From NCBI GenBank assembly GCA_043732705.1, contig JAYTHE010000040.1, positions 3,250-67,249 of the forward strand: 64,000 nucleotides of DNA, in the 5' to 3' direction. Each line of letters starts with the position of its first letter. Position 1 is the first letter of the stretch. This document shows positions 9,221-16,853 of this stretch, piece by piece. The notes under the pieces are model-generated. The model saw only the letters and a list, made by a program, of their open reading frames with translations, was not told the DNA's origin and made no database searches. The position numbers were made by a program, and so were the translations under genes. Origin of the DNA: Candidatus Omnitrophota bacterium (GTDB taxonomy: Bacteria > Omnitrophota > Omnitrophia > Omnitrophales > Aquincolibacteriaceae).

Positions 9221-10328
9221 CCTGATCGATTCGAGAATTCTCGACCTGCTCGATCAGCGCATGCGCCATGTGCTTGCGATCGGCCACGAGAAATCCAAAA
9301 AAGGCGCGCCGGTTTACTCTCCTTCACGTGAAAAGCAGATTTTTAGTGCGCTTGAAAAGCGTGCGGCTAAAAGTCTTTTATCCGAAACCGCATTAAAAGC
9401 AATTTACCGCGAAATTATGTCGGCCGCGATCGCGCTTGAAAAGCCGGTTCAGATTTCTTATCTGGGGCCTGAGGCAACTTACACGCATCTTGCGTCACTT
9501 TCCAAGTTTGGCGCGAGCGTAACTTATACGCCTGCCGCGAATTTTCGTGAAGTATTCCGCGATGTGGAGCAGGGGCTTTCGGATTACGGCGTAATTCCGA
9601 TTGAAAACTCCATTGACGGAGCGGTAACGCATGCGCTTGATTTGTTGATCGATTCCGACCTTAAAATTTGTTCTGAAATTTATTTTGGGATTTCACATCA
9701 TTTAATGTCCAAGTCACCGATAAAAAAAATCAAGCGGGTTTATTCAAAGTCGGAAGTTTTCAGTCAATGCCGTTTGTGGCTTGAAAGAAACCTGCATGGT
9801 ATTGAACTTATTCCGACGGCTTCTTCCGCGGCGGCAGCGCAAAAAGTGAAGACCGAAAAAGGCGCTGCCGCGATCGGTTCTTCTTTGGCGGCGAAGCTCT
9901 ACGGCGTGCCGGTGCTTGCGAAGGGGATTCAGGATTTTTCCGAGAATGTGACGCGCTTTTTAGTGATCAGTAAAAATATCGCAGGACAAACAGGTGATGA
10001 TAAAACTTCGATTTTGGTTTCCGTAAAAGACAAGGTCGGAGCTTTGCATGAAATGATCGCGCCCTTCATGAAATACCGCGTCAATATGAGCAAAATTGAA
10101 TCGCGCCCTTCCAAAAAGAAAGCTTGGGAATATTATTTCTTCATTGATTTTGAAGGGCATATCCAAAATGCCCGTATTCAACGTCTGCTCGCCGAAGTTG
10201 AAAAGCATGCGCGCTTTATCAAAATTTTAGGGTCATTTCCCACAGCCGGTTACGCCGCAGGCGTGGAGGCAAAGGGATCAAGACGTCCGACGTCTCAAAC
10301 AGGACGGAATAAAGCAGCCGCAAGGTAA
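9174..10328 (+). CDS. pheA: Bifunctional chorismate mutase / prephenate dehydratase (P-protein) with a C-terminal ACT domain
   Basis: The N-terminus (...IRKQIDLIDSRILDLLDQR...) is a chorismate mutase domain; the middle is a prephenate dehydratase domain; an ACT domain follows. It overlaps the scpB 3' end by about 40 nt. Confidence 0.8.
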   Translation: MKIMKKKLQTIRKQIDLIDSRILDLLDQRMRHVLAIGHEKSKKGAPVYSPSREKQIFSALEKRAAKSLLSETALKAIYREIMSAAIALEKPVQISYLGPEATYTHLASLSKFGASVTYTPAANFREVFRDVEQGLSDYGVIPIENSIDGAVTHALDLLIDSDLKICSEIYFGISHHLMSKSPIKKIKRVYSKSEVFSQCRLWLERNLHGIELIPTASSAAAAQKVKTEKGAAAIGSSLAAKLYGVPVLAKGIQDFSENVTRFLVISKNIAGQTGDDKTSILVSVKDKVGALHEMIAPFMKYRVNMSKIESRPSKKKAWEYYFFIDFEGHIQNARIQRLLAEVEKHARFIKILGSFPTAGYAAGVEAKGSRRPTSQTGRNKAAAR

Positions 10329-10332
10329 TCCC

Positions 10333-11442
10333 ATGTCTTCACAGCCCGCTTTTAAAAAAAATATCGAAGCGATTCATCCTTACGAGCCCGGCAAACCTAT
10401 TAAAGAGGTTCAACGCGAGCTGGGTTTGAAGCACATTACGAAACTCGCTTCCAATGAAAATCCGCTCGGTGTTTCGCCGCTCGCGATGAAGGAAATGAAG
10501 CGTGTTTTGAAAGATTGTTTTCTTTATCCCGAAGGCGGTTGTCATGAAGTTCTGCATGCGCTTGCGGGCGAGTTAAAGCTTCCTCCCGAACAGATTATTT
10601 TCGGCAATGGTTCCAACGAAATCATCGAATTGGTTGGCCGCGGATTCCTTTCCGAGGGCGATGAGGTTATTTCCTCCGCAAGCTCATTTCTGGTTTATCC
10701 GATTTTGACACAGGCTTCGGGCGGAAAATATATCAGTGTCCCTATGACGCAGGACTATCGTTATGATTTGAAGGCTCTTGCGGAAGCCGTCACACCGAAA
10801 ACGAAAATTATTTTTATCGCAAACCCCAATAATCCGACGGGGACTTATGTGCGTGCCCGCGAAGTGGAGCGTTTTTTAAAACGTGTTCCGAGCCGTGTTG
10901 TTGTTTGTTTTGATGAGGCTTATTTTGATTTTGTGGACGCAAAAGATTTTCCAGACATTTTAAAGCTTGTTCGGGAAGGACACGGAAATGTTTTGCTGTT
11001 CCGTACTTTTTCAAAAGCTTATGGGCTTGCGGGCCTGCGTATCGGTTATGCCTGCGCGTCCAAGCAGATGATCAGTTACCTGCATAAAATCAGGCAGCCA
11101 TTTAATGTGAATATGGTGGCGCAGGCGGCGGCTTTGGGCGCGATACGTGATAAAGCATTCCGCAAGAAAACGCGTGAGATTACTTTTTTGGGCCGGCAGT
11201 TTTTAGCACAAACCTTTAAAAAATTTGGATTGGAGTTTCTGCCAAGCCAGGCTAATTTTATTTTGGTGAACGTCGGCCGTAACGGAAGGGAAGTCTGTAA
11301 AGCCTTTTTAAAAAAGGGAATTATTATTCGGGCTATGAATGCGTATGGTTTTGACGAGTGGGTTCGTGTGACAATCGGATTGCCCAAACAGAACCGGTTA
11401 TTTGTGAAGCGCCTGATTAAAATTTTGGGACTCAAAGCTTGA
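10333..11442 (+). CDS. hisC: Histidinol-phosphate / aromatic aminotransferase (class II PLP aminotransferase)
   Basis: 369 aa with ...FSKAYGLAGLRIGY... as the PLP-lysine region. It lies between pheA and tyrA. Confidence 0.75.
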   Translation: MSSQPAFKKNIEAIHPYEPGKPIKEVQRELGLKHITKLASNENPLGVSPLAMKEMKRVLKDCFLYPEGGCHEVLHALAGELKLPPEQIIFGNGSNEIIELVGRGFLSEGDEVISSASSFLVYPILTQASGGKYISVPMTQDYRYDLKALAEAVTPKTKIIFIANPNNPTGTYVRAREVERFLKRVPSRVVVCFDEAYFDFVDAKDFPDILKLVREGHGNVLLFRTFSKAYGLAGLRIGYACASKQMISYLHKIRQPFNVNMVAQAAALGAIRDKAFRKKTREITFLGRQFLAQTFKKFGLEFLPSQANFILVNVGRNGREVCKAFLKKGIIIRAMNAYGFDEWVRVTIGLPKQNRLFVKRLIKILGLKA

Positions 11443-12290
11443 GCTCTTCGTCGTTTAAAAAAATCGTCATCGTTGGATTGGGTTTAATGGGCGGTTCGCT
11501 AGCGGCCGCAATTAAGAAAAAATTTCCGTATGCGAAAATTACCGGAGTGGCCCGCCGCAAAGCTACGCTTGATTTTGCCCGCCGTAAAAAATGGATCCAT
11601 GAAGGTTTTCTTTCCGTGCGTGAAGCGTTGACGGATGTCGATCTTGTTGTGATTTGTACGCCTGTTGACTTAACCAAGAAAATTTTGCAGGAAGTCGACC
11701 GTTATGCTTCAAAAGAAATTCTTGTTACTGATATCGGCAGTGTCAAAGCCCCGGTAAGTATTTTTGCTAAAAAGAAAAAATGGAAGCATGTCCGATTCAT
11801 CGGGGCGCATCCGATGGTGGGGTCGCATGAAAAGGGAATTGAATCTGCGCGTGCTGATTTATATTCCAAAGGCATCACGATTTTAACCGGCACTCAAAAC
11901 CAGACCGGCTTTAAAAAGGTTTCTGAGTTTTGGAGAAGTTTATCCAACAAAGTGCTTGTGATGAGCCCGGTTCAACATGATGAAAAGGTGGCTGAAATTA
12001 GTCATTTGCCGCATTTACTTTCGGTGTGTTTAGCTGAAACTCCGGCAGACGCTTCTTATGCGATTGCGGGAACGGGTTTTCGCGATACCTCGCGGCTTGC
12101 GCAAGGTGATGCTTCGGTTTGGACACCTATTTTTTTACAGAATAAAAAGGCCGTCCTTGCCGCCCTTCGATCATTTCATAGCAATCTTGATCATTTTGAA
12201 AAAGCATTAAAATCCCAGAGTCCTGCCAAATTAAACAAAATTCTCAAGCAGGCGTCTAGCCGAAGACGAGCACTTTCTCCTCTCAAATAG
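11439..12290 (+). CDS. tyrA: Prephenate/arogenate dehydrogenase
   Basis: N-terminal Rossmann motif IVIVGLGLMGGSLA and a PDH-family body. It overlaps hisC by 4 bp. Confidence 0.75.
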   Translation: MSSSSFKKIVIVGLGLMGGSLAAAIKKKFPYAKITGVARRKATLDFARRKKWIHEGFLSVREALTDVDLVVICTPVDLTKKILQEVDRYASKEILVTDIGSVKAPVSIFAKKKKWKHVRFIGAHPMVGSHEKGIESARADLYSKGITILTGTQNQTGFKKVSEFWRSLSNKVLVMSPVQHDEKVAEISHLPHLLSVCLAETPADASYAIAGTGFRDTSRLAQGDASVWTPIFLQNKKAVLAALRSFHSNLDHFEKALKSQSPAKLNKILKQASSRRRALSPLK

Positions 12291-12379
12291 TCTTGTCCCA
12301 AGCAGTGATATTTTTCTTGCTTCACTGCCATATTTCTCTTGCTCCGTAAGGGGATTCGCATATAATTCCCGCTCACACA

Positions 12380-12614
12380 AAGCCATAGGTTTTGTGGTCG
12401 GCTGCGTCAAAAGACGCAGAGGCGAACCCGGTTGTGTCGAAAGACGCAGAGGGAGATAACAATATCAACAAACATTTGGAATCCGGATGGTCCGGGTTCA
12501 TAGAGTTAAACTGTTTTCCGATGCGGCAATCGCAAAGGGGAAAATCCGGTTGCCCGTTTTAAATGGGCAGAGGAAAAATAAAACAGGGCTCTGCAACAGG
12601 AGAAATCAATTAAC
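12380..12614 (+). promoter_or_regulatory. Structured 5' leader of rpsA with a repeated AAAGACGCAGAGG motif and several hairpins
   Basis: CTGCGTC-AAAA-GACGCAG perfect hairpin (12403-12420) and a second GAAAGACGCAGAGGG copy (12440-12455). CCGGA-TGGT-CCGGG at 12482-12495 and TGCCC-GTTTTAAAT-GGGCA at 12550-12568. A TATAAT lies at 12360-12365. Confidence 0.3.
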
Positions 12615-14168
12615 ATGTCAACAGCTACATTCGCAGAACTTTTCGAAAAATCCACATCGAGCCTTGCCGAAGGATCCTTAGTTAAAGGAACTATCGTCGC
12701 CATTAAAAACAACCAAGTCATGGTTGATATTGGCTACAAGGCAGAAGGTCTTTTAGATATTAATGAATTCGCGCTTCCTGAAGACGCCGTCATCGGCTCT
12801 GAAGTTGAAGTTCTGTTTGAATCGTTTGATGATAAAAATGGTTTGTCCGTTGTTTCGAAGCGCAAGGCGGATCGTCAGCGCACATGGAATGAAATTCTTT
12901 CGACAGCTCAAGAAGGCACAATCGTTGACGGCCGCATCACACGCAAAGTTCGCGGCGGATTGATGGTTGACGTCGGTATGGACGCTTTCTTGCCCGCATC
13001 ACTTTTAGACGTGAAGCCTGTTCGCAATGTGGATGCATTGCTTGGCCTCCGCAGCAAATTTGTAATCGTTAAAATTAATCATAAGCGCAAAAACATCGTT
13101 GTTTCACGCAAAGACTTCCTTGAAAAAGAACGCCATGTATTGCGTTCCGAACGTCTCAGCAAATTGAACGTTAATGATGTTGTTAAGGGTAAAGCGAAGA
13201 ACATTACTGATTTCGGCGTATTCGTTGATCTCGGTGATATTGACGGCTTGCTTCACATCACCGATATGTGCTGGGGACGTATTTCGCATCCTTCCGAAAT
13301 GGTGAAGGTTGGCGAAGAAATCGAAGTGATCGTCATCGGTGTTGACCGCGAGAAGAATAAAGTTTCTCTCGGCCTCAAACAAAAATCCAAGGATCCTTGG
13401 GTTCTTGTTGATGACAAATATTCTATTGGCAACCAAGTGCATGGCCGCGTAGTAAATATTCTTCCTTACGGGGCTTTCGTTGAACTTGAGCCTGGCATTG
13501 AAGGCCTTGTGCATATCAGCGAACTTAGCTGGACCAAGCGCGTTGCGCATCCGAGCGAAATCCTCAAAGTGGGCGATATGCTGGATGTTGTGATTTTGAG
13601 CCTCGACAAAGATAATCGTAAGATTTCTTTGGGTGCAAAACAGACGCAAGAAAATCCTTGGAAAAAAGCTGCTGATAAATATAACGTCGGCGACCGCGTA
13701 AAAGGCAAAGTCCGCAATCTTGTTGATTATGGCGCTTTCATCGAACTTGAAGACGGCATTGACGGACTTCTGCATGTTTCTGATATGTCTTGGACGCAGA
13801 AAATTCAAAAGGCCGCGGACTTTCTTAAGAAGGGCGATGAGCTTGAGCTGATGGTGTTGACTGTGGATACTGAAGCTCAGAAGATTTCGCTCGGACTGAA
13901 GCAAATGTCGGTTGATCCTTGGAATGATTTGACGAAAGACCTGCTCGCTGGCAATGAAATCAATGGAAAAGTATCCCGCGTTGTGAACTTTGGAATGTTT
14001 GTGGAACTTGAAAACGGCCTCGAAGGCCTCGTTCACATTTCCGAAATCTCCGATGCGAAGGCACAGGCTGATGTTGAATCACGTTACAAAGCCGGTCAGG
14101 ATGTTGCTTGCACCGTATTGAACGTTGACAAAGAAGGCCGCAAAATCAGCCTTGCGCTGAAGAAATAA
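12615..14168 (+). CDS. rpsA: 30S ribosomal protein S1 (multiple S1 RNA-binding domains)
   Basis: 517 aa with repeated S1 domains (...DFGVFVDLGDIDGLLHITD..., ...YGAFVELEPGIEGLVHISE..., ...YGAFIELEDGIDGLLHVSD...). Confidence 0.85.
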   Translation: MSTATFAELFEKSTSSLAEGSLVKGTIVAIKNNQVMVDIGYKAEGLLDINEFALPEDAVIGSEVEVLFESFDDKNGLSVVSKRKADRQRTWNEILSTAQEGTIVDGRITRKVRGGLMVDVGMDAFLPASLLDVKPVRNVDALLGLRSKFVIVKINHKRKNIVVSRKDFLEKERHVLRSERLSKLNVNDVVKGKAKNITDFGVFVDLGDIDGLLHITDMCWGRISHPSEMVKVGEEIEVIVIGVDREKNKVSLGLKQKSKDPWVLVDDKYSIGNQVHGRVVNILPYGAFVELEPGIEGLVHISELSWTKRVAHPSEILKVGDMLDVVILSLDKDNRKISLGAKQTQENPWKKAADKYNVGDRVKGKVRNLVDYGAFIELEDGIDGLLHVSDMSWTQKIQKAADFLKKGDELELMVLTVDTEAQKISLGLKQMSVDPWNDLTKDLLAGNEINGKVSRVVNFGMFVELENGLEGLVHISEISDAKAQADVESRYKAGQDVACTVLNVDKEGRKISLALKK

Positions 14169-14186
14169 CTTCAAGGCAATTTTCGA

Positions 14187-15434
14187 GTGAATTCTACGGG
14201 TGGACGCCGAGTCGTCGTAACAGGACTCGGCGTCCTTTCTTCTCTGGGGGTTGGTAAAGAGGCTTTTTGGGATGGCCTTGCCAACGGCCGCAACGGAATC
14301 TCCCTCATCACCGCATTTGATACCGCTGAATTTACAACCCGTTTCGCGGGTGAAATTAAGAATTTTGATCCCGCTGCTTATCTTCACGTTAAACAAATCA
14401 AACGTATGGACCGCACTTCTCAATTTGCGGTTGCCGCTTCCAAAATGGCTGTGCAGGATTCCGGAATTGATTTTCAAAAAATGGGCCATGAACGGGTCGG
14501 TGTTGTGATCGGAACAGCTATGGCGGGCCATGGATATATTCTCGATCAGCACACGACCTTGATGAATAAAGGCCCGATGCGCATTAATCCTTTTACCGCG
14601 CTGGCCGGTTTTCCTGACGCATGCGCCGGCAATGTCTCCATAGAACTTGGACTCACAGGCCCGAGCTTTTCAATTTCAACCGCATGTTCTTCCGCATCCG
14701 ACGCGATGGGCTATGCCTTTGAATCCATCCGTTCCGGCAAGCTCGACGCGCTTTTAATGGGCGGTGCGGAAGCATCGATTTATCCCGGAATTTTAGCGGC
14801 ATTTTGCGTCGCGCGTGCCATGTCCACGCGCAATGAGAGTCCTGAAACGGCTTCACGCCCTTTTAGTTTGGATCGCGACGGATTCGTTTTGGGCGAAGGC
14901 GCGGGAATGTTTGTTTTAGAAGAATATGAAAGTGCGAAGGCCCGCAGTGCGCATATTTACGCCGAAGTTTTGGGCGCGGGAATGACTTGCGACGCCTATC
15001 ATATGGTCGCTCCCGATCCTGAAGGCAAACAAGCGGTGCGCGCGATGCGCATGGCTTTGGATACTGCGCGCACGGAACTTGATGAAATTGATTATATTAA
15101 CGCGCATGGAACTTCCACACCGCTCAATGACAAAACAGAAACATTAATTATCAAAAAAGTTTTTGGTGAACAGGCTTATAAAATTCCGCTAAGCTCGACA
15201 AAGTCAATGATCGGGCATTTGATCGGCGCGGCCGGAGCAGTAGAAACAATCGCGACGATTCTCGCCATGGATAAGCAGGTGATTCCGCCGACGCGCAATT
15301 ATTCCGTGAAAGACCCTGAATGTGATTTGGATTATGTTCCGCACACAGCTCGTCCCGCGAAAATTAAAAGAGTTATGAAAAACTCCTTCGGCTTCGGTGG
15401 GAAAAACTCGATTTTAGTTTTGGGAAAAGTTTAA
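14187..15434 (+). CDS. fabF: 3-oxoacyl-[ACP] synthase II (KAS II)
   Basis: ...VVVTGLGVLSSLG... N-terminus, the active-site region ...SISTACSSASDA..., and ...NAHGTSTPLND... / ...NSFGFGGKNS... C-terminal motifs. Confidence 0.85.
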   Translation: MNSTGGRRVVVTGLGVLSSLGVGKEAFWDGLANGRNGISLITAFDTAEFTTRFAGEIKNFDPAAYLHVKQIKRMDRTSQFAVAASKMAVQDSGIDFQKMGHERVGVVIGTAMAGHGYILDQHTTLMNKGPMRINPFTALAGFPDACAGNVSIELGLTGPSFSISTACSSASDAMGYAFESIRSGKLDALLMGGAEASIYPGILAAFCVARAMSTRNESPETASRPFSLDRDGFVLGEGAGMFVLEEYESAKARSAHIYAEVLGAGMTCDAYHMVAPDPEGKQAVRAMRMALDTARTELDEIDYINAHGTSTPLNDKTETLIIKKVFGEQAYKIPLSSTKSMIGHLIGAAGAVETIATILAMDKQVIPPTRNYSVKDPECDLDYVPHTARPAKIKRVMKNSFGFGGKNSILVLGKV

Positions 15435-15449
15435 AACTTTTTGATTAAG

Positions 15450-15487
15450 GAAAGAGCTTCCGTCTGCTCAGACAGTTGTGTCCTTTC
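15450..15487 (+). repeat. 3' hairpin element carrying the loop motif TCTGCTCAGACAGTTG (family also at 57584-57599 and 59678-59695)
   Basis: GAAAG...CTTTC arms enclose TCTGCTCAGACAGTTG, 16 nt after the fabF stop codon. Confidence 0.3.
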
Positions 15488-15660
15488 GGCGCAAAACTCG
15501 CATCCGTAAATTTCTTTCTTAAATCAAAACTAAAATCTCATTGGTAGGCTTTTAATCGTGCTCGTTTCGCTTTCGCTCAACATCACACTGTTAAAGAATG
15601 GCTCGTGAAGCTCGCCTGGTTTTTAGCCGGGACTGACCCCAATGCTCTTTGGCTTAGAAT

Positions 15661-16515
15661 TTAAAGTATCTCTACTTCTTCAATCTCTCCGGCCTCCGGT
15701 CTCCGGTCTCCGGTCTGGCGCTGTCCTCGGATAATTCCGCGTTTGGATTCTTCGATAAACTTCACAAAATGTTTAGATTCAGGGCTTTTGCATTCCTTTT
15801 TAATTTCTTCCAAGGCTTGAGTGACATTTAATCCCGAGCGGTACAGCAATTTAAAAGCATGTTTGATTTCTGTGCGAGTTTCCAGATTAATCCTTGCGCG
15901 GCGCATACCCACGACATTTAAACCTTGTGCGATTCCCGGCCGGCCGCCGCACATGATGTAAGGCGGGATATCTTTATTGAAAGCGGATAAAGCAGAAACC
16001 ATCGCAAGCGTTCCGATACGTGAGAATTGATGGAAGCCGGTCATGCCCGAAAGAAAAGCTTTGTCTTCAACATGGCAATGGCCGGTGAGTGAAGCTTGAT
16101 TGACCATAATGATGTTATTTCCTAAAACACAATTATGCGCGATATGGCAATAAGCCATGATGTAATTTTCATTTCCGATTACAGTCGAGGTTCCGGGTTC
16201 GGTGCCGCGGTGAATGCTCACAAATTCACGAATGACATTCTTGTTTCCGATTTTTGTAAAGGTAGGCTCATTTTTAAATTTAAGATCCTGAGGCTCATGT
16301 CCAATAACAGCATGCATATGGATGGTGTTGCCATCACCAATTTCAGTGCCGTGACAAAGCGTGGCGCCGTGTAAAATTTTATTATTCGACCCGATTTTGA
16401 CACCGCTCGCAATAATCGTATTTGGCCCGATTTCATTCCCATTTCCAATCATGACATTTTTACCGATGATTGAGAGAGGGTGAATCTGGTTGGATTGAAT
16501 TGAGGTTTGCATGCC
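15661..16515 (-). CDS. lpxA: UDP-N-acetylglucosamine O-acyltransferase (LpxA) with a roughly 20-aa C-terminal tail extension
   Basis: Left-handed beta-helix hexapeptide repeats throughout, and the C-terminal helical domain ...KHAFKLLYRSGLNVTQALEEI... I chose the start at the internal Met (MQTSIQSNQIHPLSIIG) rather than at the ORF-track start of 16581. Confidence 0.85.
   Translation of the reverse strand, partial: GMQTSIQSNQIHPLSIIGKNVMIGNGNEIGPNTIIASGVKIGSNNKILHGATLCHGTEIGDGNTIHMHAVIGHEPQDLKFKNEPTFTKIGNKNVIREFVSIHRGTEPGTSTVIGNENYIMAYCHIAHNCVLGNNIIMVNQASLTGHCHVEDKAFLSGMTGFHQFSRIGTLAMVSALSAFNKDIPPYIMCGGRPGIAQGLNVVGMRRARINLETRTEIKHAFKLLYRSGLNVTQALEEIKKECKSPESKHFVKFIEESKRGIIRGQRQTGDRRPEAGEIEEVEIL
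15694..15717. repeat. Tandem heptanucleotide repeat (CTCCGGT, three perfect units plus a partial fourth) inside the 3' tail of lpxA
   Basis: CCTCCGGTCTCCGGTCTCCGGTCTGG read directly; it encodes ...TGDRRPEAGE... in the LpxA C-terminal extension. Confidence 0.8.
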
Positions 16516-16853
16516 GCAAATTATAGAGGGGAAGGCAACAGGCGAAAAGCTCAATCTAATCACTTGGCGAATATGCATCAATATTGGCGTTATAGTAGTG
16601 ATATTGTTAGTGACTAGAGAGAAGAGAACGATTGCTCAAATATAAAAGCTTTTATCATTGATTAACTTACATGATCAATATTGACCAAATTCATATTTAA
16701 GTCATTTAAATATAATAGGTTGCGAACATAAAATCACAGTGTCTATTCTTGCAATTCTAAAAGTCGCCTGCTATATTCCTAAGGTCGATTAAAAACTATT
16801 CACGCGAAATCATAAATAGAGCTCATATAACAGTCATTTTTGCAGGGGAAATA

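Noticed and set aside
12291-12614. Possible RNase P RNA in the 320-nt gap upstream of rpsA (GTCCGGGTTCATAGAG resembles the conserved P4/J region AGTCCGGGCTCCATAGGG, and GAACCCGGTT resembles ACAGAACCCGGCTTA)
   Set aside because: The two motifs occur in the wrong order and too close together for the P4 helix. Other universally conserved RNase P blocks are absent, and the gap is shorter than any bacterial RNase P RNA. I interpret it as a structured rpsA leader instead.
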